A stretch of DNA of 64,000 nucleotides from Candidatus Cloacimonadales bacterium (lineage in GTDB: Bacteria; Cloacimonadota; Cloacimonadia; Cloacimonadales; JAIOQZ01), in the NCBI GenBank assembly GCA_963662655.2, contig CAXXTU010000002.1:3488001-3552000 (forward strand), written 5' to 3'. The notes below the pieces were generated by a model that did no database searches, had not been told where the DNA came from, and worked only from the letters and a program-made list of their open reading frames with translations. The position numbers and the translations under genes were made by a program. This document shows, piece by piece, positions 37,429 through 47,733 of the stretch (the stretch's first letter is position 1; each line of letters begins with the position of its first letter).

Positions 37429-38735
37429 GTGAACGGTTAGACGGGATATTCAAGAAAATGCGCGGTTATGGAAAACTGACCGAGAGCAATATCAAGGAAT
37501 CCCTGCGCGAAGTTCGACGTGCGCTTTTGGAAGCGGACGTGAACTTCAAGATCGTGAAGCAGTTTGTCACGGACGTCCAGGAACGGGCTGTCGGTCAAGA
37601 GGTGATGAAGAGCCTCGTGCCCGGTCAGCAGGTCGTTAAGATCGTTCATGAAGAGCTGATACGGCTCATGGGCGACAAGATCGTGAAGATCCAGCTTCAA
37701 ACCAACCGCATCAACAAGATTATGCTGGTGGGTTTGCAGGGATCCGGTAAAACGACCGCGTGCTCCAAGCTGGCCTCCTTCTACCGGAAAAAAGGCAATA
37801 CACCCGCTCTGGCGGCTTGCGACATCTACCGTCCGGCCGCAATTCACCAACTTCAGGTCCTTGGAAAACAGCTCGACATACCCGTTATAGCAGAGGACAC
37901 GAAGGACGTGGTGAAGATCGCGAAGAAGGCGGTTCAGTACGCGGATCAGAACATGATCAATCTTCTGATCTTCGATACGGCGGGACGGCTTCACATCGAT
38001 GAGAAGATGATGTTCGAACTGGAGGAGCTCAAGGGCTTCCTGCAGCCGGATTACATCTTCTTCGTTGCAGATGCGATGACCGGACAGGACGCGGTGACCG
38101 TTGCGCGCGAGTTCAACGATCGCTTGGCCTTTGACGGAGTGATCCTGACCAAGATGGATGGCGATGCGCGCGGCGGCGCGGCGCTTTCGATCAAATCCGT
38201 TACAGGTAAGCCTGTTGTCTTCGTGGGGACAGGCGAGAAAACCAGTGATCTGGAGGAATTCTATCCCGACAGGATGGCTTCCCGCATACTGGGAATGGGA
38301 GACGTGCTCAGCCTGATCGAGAAGGCCGAGAAGGCGATCGATCAGGAACAGGCTGAGAAGCTCGCCTCGCGGTTGAAGAAAAACCAGTTCACCTTCGATG
38401 ATTTCCTGGAACAGATCCAGCAGGTTCGCAACATGGGCCCCTTGGATCAGATTCTGGGTATGATGCCCGGCGTAAACAAAGGGATGCTTAAGAATGTTAA
38501 AGTGGATGAAAAAGACTTGAAGCGAATCGAGGCGATCATCTACTCCATGACACCGGATGAGCGGGACCGTCCTGACATGATCGGAGGCAGCCGCAGAAAG
38601 CGCATAGCGCAAGGAAGCGGCACCACGGTGCAGGACATTAACCGCTTGCTTAAGCAGTTTGAACAAATGAAGAAAATGATAAAAAACTTCAGTAATCCTA
38701 AAGCCGGTAAGCGTATGTTTAATATGCCTTTTTAA
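37413..38735 (+). CDS. ffh: Signal recognition particle protein
   Basis: ALLEADV, GLQGSGKTT, DTAGR, TKMDGDARGG, RILGMGD, SRRKRIAQGSG. Confidence 0.98.
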   Translation: MFGELSERLDGIFKKMRGYGKLTESNIKESLREVRRALLEADVNFKIVKQFVTDVQERAVGQEVMKSLVPGQQVVKIVHEELIRLMGDKIVKIQLQTNRINKIMLVGLQGSGKTTACSKLASFYRKKGNTPALAACDIYRPAAIHQLQVLGKQLDIPVIAEDTKDVVKIAKKAVQYADQNMINLLIFDTAGRLHIDEKMMFELEELKGFLQPDYIFFVADAMTGQDAVTVAREFNDRLAFDGVILTKMDGDARGGAALSIKSVTGKPVVFVGTGEKTSDLEEFYPDRMASRILGMGDVLSLIEKAEKAIDQEQAEKLASRLKKNQFTFDDFLEQIQQVRNMGPLDQILGMMPGVNKGMLKNVKVDEKDLKRIEAIIYSMTPDERDRPDMIGGSRRKRIAQGSGTTVQDINRLLKQFEQMKKMIKNFSNPKAGKRMFNMPF

Positions 38736-38742
38736 AAAATAC

Positions 38743-38771
38743 TTGACTAAAAGACTGAAACGCAAAAAGTT
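38743..38771 (+). promoter_or_regulatory. Putative sigma70-type promoter for the rpsP operon
   Basis: TTGACT at 38743 in an AT-rich gap; weak -10 (AAAGTT at 17-nt spacing). Confidence 0.5.
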
Positions 38772-38805
38772 TAGAGTCTAAATTTACTGTGAAAAAGAGG
38801 ACAAA

Positions 38806-39138
38806 ATGGTAAAACTTAGATTGAGAAGAATGGGATCGAAAAATAGCCCGTTCTATCGCATCGTTGCGGTTGATTCGAGACTGAAACGCGACGGAAAGTA
38901 TCTCGAGAATATCGGACACTACGATCCGAAGACAGAGCCTTTTACATTAAAGATAGATACAGAAAAAGCAATCAAATGGCTCAGCGTGGGCGCTCAACCG
39001 TCCGAGACGGTTCGTTCGTTTTTCAAGAAAGCCGGAATTCTGCAGAAATGGCACGAAATGCGGCACGCGAAAGATGACGCTGCTCCTGCGCAAGAGGTTG
39101 TCTCAGAAAATGCAGCAGAAGAAGGAGAGAAGGAATGA
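38806..39138 (+). CDS. rpsP: 30S ribosomal protein S16
   Basis: MVKLRLRRMG, PFYRIV, RDGKYLE, GAQPSETV. Confidence 0.97.
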   Translation: MVKLRLRRMGSKNSPFYRIVAVDSRLKRDGKYLENIGHYDPKTEPFTLKIDTEKAIKWLSVGAQPSETVRSFFKKAGILQKWHEMRHAKDDAAPAQEVVSENAAEEGEKE

Positions 39139-39365
39139 GAGATTTGATCGAGTACGTGGTAAAGGCACTCGTCGATGATCCCAGCGAAGTCGATATCAAG
39201 GAAATCGCTGGCGACAAGATCACCCTTTACGAACTTCGCGTAGCAAAAGCGGACATCGGTAAAGTGATCGGCAAGAGGGGAAGAACTGCCGGCGCTATCC
39301 GCACGATTCTCAATGCAGTTTCTACCAAGCAAGGAAAGAGAGCAGAGCTGGAAATCATCGAGTAA
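39135..39365 (+). CDS. khpA: KH-domain RNA-binding protein
   Basis: LVDDP, DIGKVIGKRGRTAGAIR; rpsP-KH-rimM order. Confidence 0.9.
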   Translation: MRDLIEYVVKALVDDPSEVDIKEIAGDKITLYELRVAKADIGKVIGKRGRTAGAIRTILNAVSTKQGKRAELEIIE

Positions 39366-39871
39366 TGCAGCTTTCCGATTTGATCCCGGTTGGAACGCTG
39401 GGTTTTCGGGTCGAAGAAAATGAATATGTTCAGTTCCGCCCGGGAAAAGGATTTCGACCCGGATTCCTGCAATCGCAGGATATCTTTCTGATCTTTCCAG
39501 ATCATAGCGTGATTTTGACAACGGTTGTTGATCAGGCTGAAATGAACGGGAAGATCCTTGTCCGGTTCAAGGACACGGATCTATCCCAGGATATCCAGCA
39601 GAAGAAGCGTATTACGGTTGCGCTTGCACCCGAGAAGATTCAACGAATTTCGGGTGAAGATTTTGACGATCCCGTCGATAAAAAAGTGTATCATCGAGGT
39701 GAGGTCATTGGTGTGGTCGTGGATTGGTTCGAACAATCCGACCATCTGGTGCTCACCGTGGAAAAAGAGGATGGTTCGCAGTTCATGTTTCCCGACGTTG
39801 AGCAGTACGTTGAACGGGAGGATCATGAGGCGATCCACGCGCGGAACCTCGATGAGTTGATGGATCTATGA
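39365..39871 (+). CDS. rimM: Ribosome maturation factor RimM (divergent)
   Basis: Position between KH and trmD; C-terminal PRC-barrel-like segment; low motif conservation. Confidence 0.7.
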   Translation: MQLSDLIPVGTLGFRVEENEYVQFRPGKGFRPGFLQSQDIFLIFPDHSVILTTVVDQAEMNGKILVRFKDTDLSQDIQQKKRITVALAPEKIQRISGEDFDDPVDKKVYHRGEVIGVVVDWFEQSDHLVLTVEKEDGSQFMFPDVEQYVEREDHEAIHARNLDELMDL

Positions 39872-40545
39872 GGATCGATGTGTTAACGTTGTTCCCCGGG
39901 ATATTTCCGGATATTCTGGGAGAGAGTATTACGGGCATCGCCATTCGCAACGAGGCGATCGATGTCCGGCTTGTCGACATTCGAGACTTTGCGTTCAACA
40001 AGCACCGCACTACGGACGACTATCCGTACGGCGGTGGCGCCGGGATGGTGATGAAACCGGAACCGGTGCACGAGGCGTTGACGTATCTGGAAGTCGGGGA
40101 GGGGACTCCGGTGGTGTACTTCACGCCGCAGGGACGCCTCTTGAAACAGGATGTTGTGCAGGAATACTGTGGAACCGAGCGCATTGTAATGATCTGCGGT
40201 CATTACAAAGAGCTGGATCAGCGCATTCGCGACCGGTGGGTAACCGATGAGTTGTCCATCGGAGATTACGTGCTATCGGGTGGGGAATTGCCGGCATTGG
40301 TGATGATCGATGCGCTGGCGAGGCTTCAGGACGGCGTCTTGAACGATCTTGATTCAGCGCTGACGGATTCCCACCAGAAAGGTCTGCTCGGATGTGCGCA
40401 TTATACGCGACCGCCCGTTTTCGAGGGGATGAAGGTGCCGGACGTTCTGCTTTCCGGTAATCACGCCTTTATCGAGAAGTGGCGCGAAGAGGATTCGCTA
40501 AGAAGGACGCGCGAAGTGCGTCCGGAGCTACTGGACAGCCAATGA
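39868..40545 (+). CDS. trmD: tRNA (guanine37-N1)-methyltransferase
   Basis: LTLFP, DDYPYGGGAGMVMK, SIGDYVLSGGE, YTRP, LLSGNH. Confidence 0.97.
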   Translation: MRIDVLTLFPGIFPDILGESITGIAIRNEAIDVRLVDIRDFAFNKHRTTDDYPYGGGAGMVMKPEPVHEALTYLEVGEGTPVVYFTPQGRLLKQDVVQEYCGTERIVMICGHYKELDQRIRDRWVTDELSIGDYVLSGGELPALVMIDALARLQDGVLNDLDSALTDSHQKGLLGCAHYTRPPVFEGMKVPDVLLSGNHAFIEKWREEDSLRRTREVRPELLDSQ

Positions 40546-41099
40546 TCGAACGATTGTATGTGGGATTGGTTCACCATCCCGTATATAACCGCCACAACGA
40601 GGTGGTTACTACGTCGGTGACCAACCTTGATTTGCATGATATACCGCGCTCATGTGTAACGTATGGCGTCAAAGGTTTTTATGTCGTTACACCGCTTGAG
40701 TCGCAGCACGAGATGTTCCGGCGAATAACCGGATTCTGGGACAGCCAGACCGGTCGGGAGTACAATCCGCACCGCTCGGAAGCGCTTTCGATCATGCGTT
40801 TCAGCCACTCGATCGAAGAAACCGTAGATTTGATAAGAAAACAGGAAGGAGTCTCTCCGACTCTTGTTACAACGACAGCAGTCAAGCGAAACGACCAGAT
40901 AGGATTCGGTGAACTGAGATCACTGGAATCCGAAGCTCCGATTTTGCTTCTTTTTGGAACAGGCAATGGGCTCATCGAAGAAGTTCATCAACACGCCCGT
41001 TACGTTTTAGAGCCGATTCGGGGGATGACAGGTTATAATCATCTTTCTGTACGGAGCGCTGCTGCAATCGTACTGGACAGGCTTTCTTCCGAAAAATAA
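40542..41099 (+). CDS. SPOUT-class RNA methyltransferase (trmD-associated, DUF2168-like)
   Basis: [42 protein letters not shown]. Confidence 0.85.
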   Translation: MIERLYVGLVHHPVYNRHNEVVTTSVTNLDLHDIPRSCVTYGVKGFYVVTPLESQHEMFRRITGFWDSQTGREYNPHRSEALSIMRFSHSIEETVDLIRKQEGVSPTLVTTTAVKRNDQIGFGELRSLESEAPILLLFGTGNGLIEEVHQHARYVLEPIRGMTGYNHLSVRSAAAIVLDRLSSEK

Positions 41100-41109
41100 A
41101 GGAGGAATC

Positions 41110-41457
41110 ATGGACATTGTTTATGCAGCCATGAAATCGCAAATTCGCACCGATCACCCCGAATTTCGCGTGGGTGACACCGTTAAAGTTCACTATAAGA
41201 TTAAAGAAGGAAGCAAGGAACGTATTCAGGTCTTCCAGGGTATAGTTATCCAGAAACGCGGAATGGGCGTTTCGAAGACCTTTACCGTTCGCAAAATCAG
41301 CAACGGAGTCGCTGTAGAACGCGTATTCCCGCTGAGTTCACCTCTTATCGATAAAATCGATGTTGTCCGGTTCGGTCATGTCCGCCGGGCAAAACTCTTC
41401 TACCTTCGTCGCGTGAAAGGTAAAGCGGCAAGGGTCAAAGAGAAAAAACGCTACTAA
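41110..41457 (+). CDS. rplS: 50S ribosomal protein L19
   Basis: [34 protein letters not shown]. Confidence 0.97.
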   Translation: MDIVYAAMKSQIRTDHPEFRVGDTVKVHYKIKEGSKERIQVFQGIVIQKRGMGVSKTFTVRKISNGVAVERVFPLSSPLIDKIDVVRFGHVRRAKLFYLRRVKGKAARVKEKKRY

Positions 41458-41465
41458 AAGCTTAT

Positions 41466-41495
41466 AAAGGGAGCCCTATCGGCTCCCTTTTTTTT
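41466..41495 (+). terminator. Intrinsic terminator after rplS
   Basis: AAAGGGAGCC-CTATC-GGCTCCCTTT-TTTTT. Confidence 0.92.
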
Positions 41496-41606
41496 GTGCC
41501 GGGAATCCTTGGGTGAGCCCTCAACCGCGGCGGGGCGCTCCCCCCAGGATTTACCGGGGAAAGAAAACTCCCAGCCGGAGCACATCACTCCCAACATGAA
41601 TATTCA

Positions 41607-41636
41607 TTGACGAAATCCCGTTCGCCGCGATAAAAT
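41607..41636 (+). promoter_or_regulatory. Putative sigma70-type promoter for the macroglobulin gene
   Basis: TTGACG-18 nt-TAAAAT. Confidence 0.55.
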
Positions 41637-41691
41637 TGCCCGGAATGCTGGGAGTGTGTCTCAAGAACAGCCACTTCCGAGGGAGCGCAAA

Positions 41692-44600
41692 ATGATATCA
41701 GGACGGGCTACATTATTACTGCTTCTATTGCTATTATCAACAGTCGCATGCAATTCATACGATTTCGGAGCAGCTTGGGGACGAGTGACCCAGACCGAGG
41801 ACGATCGCTTGCCGAAGACCGGCGCTACCATCGTCGATTCGATTTACAACGCCGCCATCGCAGAAGGCGACGTCATCAACCGCCAGAAAGCGCTCATCTA
41901 CAGAATGAAGTACGTCGACGACGTGGAAGAAGACGCCTTCAGCAGAGAGCTGCAAATGGTGAAGGACGAGATAAAGGATGCCCGACCGGACATCCGCGCG
42001 TTGCTGCACTCCATGCTGGGGGAGATGTACTGGACTTACTTCGAGTCGAACCGCTGGATGCTGCTGGAGCGGACTTCGCTTGCAGATGATGAGCAGGATG
42101 ACGTCATGACCAGGGACGCGCGCAGGTTCATCGAAGAGGCCATAAAGCATTACATCCTGTCCCTCGAGCTACCGGAAGAGTATAAGAAGAAGCTTGTCGC
42201 TGACGACTACTTGCCTCTGATCAGGAAAAATGCGGAAGAAGATACCAGACCGTACCTCTTCGATTTCCTGGCCTACCGCGCGATCGACATGCTCGGAAAT
42301 GACAACGCCGGAATCGCGAGACCTCAGGACTCATTCCGTCTCGGGCCGGAATACCTCGTTCCGGCTGAAGAATTCGCCGCGATGGAGATATCGGACACCG
42401 ATACCTTAGCGCTTTCGTATCGTACCATCCTGATTTACCAGATGCTCACCCGGTTCCATCTGAATGACGATAATCCCGAATCTCTCTATTACGCGGAAGC
42501 AAAGCGCTTCGAATACATCCGTCAGACCGTCGGAACCGAAGAAATCAATCTCGCGTTCGAAGCGATTATGAAGCAATACATGGAGAAGCTCGAGAACGAT
42601 CCTGCATTCGTAGATTTTTCTTACAAACTGGCGTACTACTATTACCTCAAGGATAATCGAGGATTTCTCGCGAAATATCCACCTCAAAGCCAACGCGCGG
42701 AGCCCAAGTACTACGTCATGGCCTACGATATCTGTCAGAAGGCCATCGACAAGCAACTCGAATCGCCGTTCAATCATGATTGCCGGGAACTCCAGAATGA
42801 CATTTCCCAGAAATTGATCGCCGTATCGTTCGACCAGTGCATTCCAGTCGGAAAGATTGCTCCCATAACGATTACCTACCGCAACTGCGAGGAAGGCGCT
42901 TTTAATGTCTATCAGCTTGAAGACAGGCACAGAAGCAGTAAAATGCATTACAGGGACGAGCAGAAGATTTACGACTACTACCTCGCGTCAGAGGCATACC
43001 AACATTGGTCGATCAACTTGCCCGACCCAAAAGACTATCATGAAAGAACCTTTCTTGCGGAAATGGAAGCGTTGCCTGCCGGAGAGTACCTCATGCACAT
43101 CTCCGGTGCCGGCATAACAGAAAGGACCGAAAGATCCTGGCTACGCTTCACGGTTACGGATATCGACTGGATAACCGATTCCAGTACGGGAAGAATAATG
43201 CTTCTGGATCGCAATACCGGAGCTCCTCTCGCCGGTGCGAAGGTTGAAATATTCCGGGGATACTGGGCGGAGGACGAGCTGCCGTCGGAGGTCCGCTACA
43301 CGGATGAGAACGGGCAACTTGACCTCGAGCCCGGAGACTACCGTTTTATATTCTCATACAACGGAGATCGGCTGGATTGCAGAGACCGATACGGTATCCA
43401 CATTCCGGATCCCCAAAGGAATAACAGACGTTATAATCGCTCCAATGTCTATTTCTTCACAGACCGCAAAATCTACCGCCCCGGGCAAACCGTTTACTTC
43501 AAGGGGATCGCTGTTAACCAGGAGAACGATGCGCTTCCCGAATTGTTAACGGGCTCATCTCTGAACGTCAAGCTGGACGACGCGAACGGTCAGCCGGTTT
43601 CCAGCATGGAGTGCCGGACCAGCGAGTTCGGGAGCTTCAGCGGAAGCTTTGTCCTGCCGCAGGACGGGATCACAGGCAGTATGCGCCTGTACACGAAACA
43701 TGGTTCAACATCCATCCAGATGGAAGAATACAAGCGTCCCAAGTTCGAGGTTACGTTCGAGCCGGTCAAGGAGGTCTTCCGCCTGGGTTCGGACATCGAA
43801 GTCAAAGGCTCGGCGAAATCGTATGCCGGACCGGGAATCGTTGATGCCGAAGTGAAATATCACGTGAAGCGCGTGCGATACTGCCCGTGGTTCCGCTACT
43901 ACTTCAAGCCGGTGATGTCGAACGAGCAGGTCGTTGCCAGCGGCTCGACGCGTACATCGTCCGATGGCTCGTTCACGGTTCCCTTCAATTTGCTTCGAGA
44001 AGGGATTACACAGAGTCGCTTCGATGTCGCCTACCAGTTTATCGTTTCCGTGGATATTGTGGACAATAGCGGCGAGACGCGAAGCGAGCAGACAATCGTC
44101 TATGCGGGGAGTCGCTCGCTCGAACTCGACGTGATCGTAACGGATGCTGTCAACCGCGAGACAACCGATTCCTTCGAGCTCGTGACCCAAAACCTCATGC
44201 AGCAACACATTCCCATCGAAGGTGTTTACGAGGTCGAGCGATTGCAGCAGCCCGATCGAATCTTCCGATCCTCGGGATACGATAGTCAACCCGATACAAC
44301 CATCTACACCCGCGAGGAATTCATTCGGAAATTCCCACACGACCCTTATCTCGAAGAGGATGACACCGCAACCTGGCCGGTCGAACACCGCATGGAATCC
44401 GGTAGCTTCAATACGGGCGAGAGCAAGGAACTCGTCCTGAAGAAGCTGAGAAAATGGGATCCGGGGACGTATCGCATCAGGCTGACCGCGCAGGATCCCT
44501 TGGGAACCGAAGTGACAATCACGAAAGAGTTTGTCGTCTTCTCTCCCGAAGCAAAGCAACTGCCACGGCTCATTCCGCTCTGGGTAAAGGGGCTGAAGAC

Positions 44601-47600
44601 AACATGCGAGCCCGGCGAAAAGGCGAGCGTGCTGATCGGCAGCTCGTATCCTGACGCGACGATCCTGTATAGCTGGCGATGCAAGAATCAGGTTCTGAAG
44701 GAAGATATCATCAGGCTGGATAACGAGCAGAAGGTGATCGAGCACCCCGTTATCGAGGACTATCGCGGCGGATTTTCACTGATCGTCGTTATGCTCCACG
44801 ACAACAGGGCATACATCGAAGACGTGCCGATCGAGGTTCCGTGGTCGAACAAAAAACTCGATATCACCTGGTCGACATTCAGGGACAAGCTCGAGCCCGG
44901 AAGCAAGGAGACGTTCTCGGTAAAAATCAAGGATCATTCCGGGGAAAAGAGCCATGCTGAAATGCTTGTCGCCATGTACGACGCCTCACTGGACCAGTTC
45001 TACCCCAATAGCTGGTCTCTGGATGTCTTTCCCCGGAACTGGTTGGACGGCCGCTGGGAAGACTGGTCGGGACGGGGGCGAATAAGTTCGATGCTGTCTC
45101 ATAGGATCAGCCACTTCAACCCGCATGAGGAGCGAATGGACGAATTGAACTGGTTCAATCACAACATGCGATGGCGATCTGGAAGACGAAATACGCCCAT
45201 GTTTGCCACTGCAAGCTACGATGACGATGCCATGATGTCGCAAGCCGCTCCCAGATCAAGCACATCGCGATTACATTTGAAAACGGAAGCGTTCAATGTG
45301 GAAGGGATGGAAATGGAGAGCGACAAAGCGATGTCTGCCGGAGCCGGCGGAGCTCCACCGGAATCGTCGCAAATCCAGGTTCGCAAGAATTTCGCGGAAA
45401 CAGCCTTCTTCTATCCTGAGCTGCACAGCGATGAGAGCGGGGAAATATCCTTCACGTTCCAGGTTCCGGAGGCGTTGACGCGCTGGAAACTGATGGGGCT
45501 GGCACACAACGAATCGCTGGGCACAGGAACCACGGAGAAGTTCCTCGTCACCCAGAAAGAACTCATGGTGACGCCCAATCTGCCGCGTTTCCTTCGTGAG
45601 GGAGATCGTATTACACTTTCCGCACGAATCAACAGCCTTTCACCGGAGAGCGTTTCGGGCACGGCGGAGCTTCGCCTGTTCGATGCCGAAACGATGAATC
45701 CCATCGATGAAGCGATGAATAGCGCGACACCGGAAGTCCCGTTCACGCTCGCACCGGAAGGAAGCACGTCCATCGACTGGACGATTTCGATCCCCGACAC
45801 CTATCAGGCGGTAATCGTCCGTATGACTGCCAGAACGGCGTCCTTCTCCGACGGCGAAGAGAACCTGCTGCCGGTTTTACCCAACAGAATGCTTGTAACC
45901 GAGTCCTTACCGCTCCCGATTCGCGGCGAGAAGGAGAAGCAGTTCTCCTTCCGCAAACTGAAGGAATCGGGAGATTCCTCCACCTTGAAGCACCACCGGT
46001 TCACGCTCGAGTTTACCACCAATCCCGCCTGGTACGTGGTGCAGGCGCTTCCATATATGGCGGAGTACCCTTACGAGTGCTCGGAGCAGGTTTTCACGAG
46101 GTTCTACGCGAACGAGCTGGCTGGATTCATCGTAAAGCAGAATCCCAAAATCGAGCGGATTTTCTCCCAGTGGCGCGACCTCCCCGATTCGGAAGCGCTG
46201 CTCTCCAATCTGGAGAAGAATCAGGAACTCAAATCGCTGGTTCTGGAAGAGACGCCCTGGGTGCGACAGGCTCAGAACGAGACCGAGCGCAAGAAGCGGA
46301 TCGGCATCCTGTTCGACATCAACCACATGTCCATGATGAGGCAAACGACAATGAGGAAGTTGATCCAGAAGCAGAAGCCGAGCGGCGCGTGGCCGTGGTT
46401 CGAGGGAATGCCCGAAAGCCGGTACATCACCCAGTACATCGCCGAAGGATTCGGGCACCTGCGAGAGCTGGGCGCGCTGAAAGAGGGCAGCGATGTTGTC
46501 GCGTGCTATCGAAAGGCCGTGTTGTGGCTGGATAGCCGGATGACCGAAGACTATCGGGATTTGATCGAGGATGGCAAGAATCTGGATGAACAGCATATCC
46601 AGAGAATCCACATTCACTATCTCTACATGCGGAGCTTTTTCCAGGATATCCCCGTTGAAGAAGCCAATCGCGAAGCCTGGGAATATTACCTGAGCCAGGC
46701 AAAGACATGGTGGCGGGATCGATCGCTTTACACGAGCGGATTGCAGGCTTTGGCGCTGGATCGTCTGGGCGGGGAAGAGATTCCGGCGAAGATTGTTGCC
46801 TCGATGCGAGAGCATGCGCTTCACTCGGATGAGATGGGGATGTACTGGAAAGAGAATCAACCCGGGTACTACTGGTATGAGGCTCCCATCGAGACGCAGT
46901 CGCTCTTGATCGAGCTTTTCGGAGCGCTCGGGACGAATGAGGAGGTCGATGAAATGCGCTTATGGTTGCTCAAGCAGAAACAGGTACAGGACTGGAAGAC
47001 CACCAAGGCGACGGCGGAAGCGTGCTACGCGCTTCTGTGCAGTGGATCGAGCTGGATTACGAGCGACGAGCCGGTGCAAATCACGGTGGGGGATCGCATG
47101 GTGGTCCCCGAGTCTCTCGAGCCCGGAACAGGCTATTTCAAAGAGAGCTGGGCTGGCTCGGAGGTTGACGCTGCGATGGGCGACATCAAGGTGGCGAATC
47201 CCAACGACCACGCCGCCTGGGGCGCGGTTTACTGGCAGTACTTCGAAGACCTTGACAAGATCGATTCCCATGAGACTCCCTTGTCGCTGAAGAAGCAGCT
47301 ATTCATCGAGCGCAAAGACGCGAGTGGAACCAGGCTCCATCCGCTATCTCCCGAAGAGAGGATCGAGGTCGGAGACCGGGTGATCGTGCGCATCGAGCTG
47401 CGGGTCGACCGTGAGATGGATTACGTCCACATGAAGGACATGCGAGCCGCCGGATTCGAGCCGGAAAACGTGATCTCCAGCTCGAAATATCAGGATGGGC
47501 TCTGGTACTACGAGTCCACGCGCGATGCCACGACGAACTTCTTCTTCAATCGCCTGCACAAGGGTACTTTTGTTTTCGAGTACCCCCTGCGAGCCTTCCA

Positions 47601-47700
47601 GGCGGGAGAGTTCTCCAATGGAATCACCACGATCCAGTGCATGTACGCGCCGGAGTTTACGTCGCACTCGGAAGGAACTCGAATCGACATCGAACGATAA
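41692..47700 (+). CDS. Bacterial alpha-2-macroglobulin family lipoprotein
   Basis: Lipobox TVAC; FTDRKIYRPGQ, EEYKRPKF, VRKNFAETAFF, LPRFLREGD; thioester motif YPYECSEQ; C-terminal MYAPEF. Confidence 0.92.
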   Translation: MISGRATLLLLLLLLSTVACNSYDFGAAWGRVTQTEDDRLPKTGATIVDSIYNAAIAEGDVINRQKALIYRMKYVDDVEEDAFSRELQMVKDEIKDARPDIRALLHSMLGEMYWTYFESNRWMLLERTSLADDEQDDVMTRDARRFIEEAIKHYILSLELPEEYKKKLVADDYLPLIRKNAEEDTRPYLFDFLAYRAIDMLGNDNAGIARPQDSFRLGPEYLVPAEEFAAMEISDTDTLALSYRTILIYQMLTRFHLNDDNPESLYYAEAKRFEYIRQTVGTEEINLAFEAIMKQYMEKLENDPAFVDFSYKLAYYYYLKDNRGFLAKYPPQSQRAEPKYYVMAYDICQKAIDKQLESPFNHDCRELQNDISQKLIAVSFDQCIPVGKIAPITITYRNCEEGAFNVYQLEDRHRSSKMHYRDEQKIYDYYLASEAYQHWSINLPDPKDYHERTFLAEMEALPAGEYLMHISGAGITERTERSWLRFTVTDIDWITDSSTGRIMLLDRNTGAPLAGAKVEIFRGYWAEDELPSEVRYTDENGQLDLEPGDYRFIFSYNGDRLDCRDRYGIHIPDPQRNNRRYNRSNVYFFTDRKIYRPGQTVYFKGIAVNQENDALPELLTGSSLNVKLDDANGQPVSSMECRTSEFGSFSGSFVLPQDGITGSMRLYTKHGSTSIQMEEYKRPKFEVTFEPVKEVFRLGSDIEVKGSAKSYAGPGIVDAEVKYHVKRVRYCPWFRYYFKPVMSNEQVVASGSTRTSSDGSFTVPFNLLREGITQSRFDVAYQFIVSVDIVDNSGETRSEQTIVYAGSRSLELDVIVTDAVNRETTDSFELVTQNLMQQHIPIEGVYEVERLQQPDRIFRSSGYDSQPDTTIYTREEFIRKFPHDPYLEEDDTATWPVEHRMESGSFNTGESKELVLKKLRKWDPGTYRIRLTAQDPLGTEVTITKEFVVFSPEAKQLPRLIPLWVKGLKTTCEPGEKASVLIGSSYPDATILYSWRCKNQVLKEDIIRLDNEQKVIEHPVIEDYRGGFSLIVVMLHDNRAYIEDVPIEVPWSNKKLDITWSTFRDKLEPGSKETFSVKIKDHSGEKSHAEMLVAMYDASLDQFYPNSWSLDVFPRNWLDGRWEDWSGRGRISSMLSHRISHFNPHEERMDELNWFNHNMRWRSGRRNTPMFATASYDDDAMMSQAAPRSSTSRLHLKTEAFNVEGMEMESDKAMSAGAGGAPPESSQIQVRKNFAETAFFYPELHSDESGEISFTFQVPEALTRWKLMGLAHNESLGTGTTEKFLVTQKELMVTPNLPRFLREGDRITLSARINSLSPESVSGTAELRLFDAETMNPIDEAMNSATPEVPFTLAPEGSTSIDWTISIPDTYQAVIVRMTARTASFSDGEENLLPVLPNRMLVTESLPLPIRGEKEKQFSFRKLKESGDSSTLKHHRFTLEFTTNPAWYVVQALPYMAEYPYECSEQVFTRFYANELAGFIVKQNPKIERIFSQWRDLPDSEALLSNLEKNQELKSLVLEETPWVRQAQNETERKKRIGILFDINHMSMMRQTTMRKLIQKQKPSGAWPWFEGMPESRYITQYIAEGFGHLRELGALKEGSDVVACYRKAVLWLDSRMTEDYRDLIEDGKNLDEQHIQRIHIHYLYMRSFFQDIPVEEANREAWEYYLSQAKTWWRDRSLYTSGLQALALDRLGGEEIPAKIVASMREHALHSDEMGMYWKENQPGYYWYEAPIETQSLLIELFGALGTNEEVDEMRLWLLKQKQVQDWKTTKATAEACYALLCSGSSWITSDEPVQITVGDRMVVPESLEPGTGYFKESWAGSEVDAAMGDIKVANPNDHAAWGAVYWQYFEDLDKIDSHETPLSLKKQLFIERKDASGTRLHPLSPEERIEVGDRVIVRIELRVDREMDYVHMKDMRAAGFEPENVISSSKYQDGLWYYESTRDATTNFFFNRLHKGTFVFEYPLRAFQAGEFSNGITTIQCMYAPEFTSHSEGTRIDIER

Positions 47701-47733
47701 TTGATCACGAAAGTGTAGAAAAGAGAACGGAAT

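Noticed and set aside
37437..38765. 442-aa minus-strand ORF, and similar long antisense ORFs over prs, cinA, the GNAT gene, 11315-12499 and pyrD
   Set aside because: Shadow ORFs opposite well-conserved genes; no recognisable motifs; explained by codon bias
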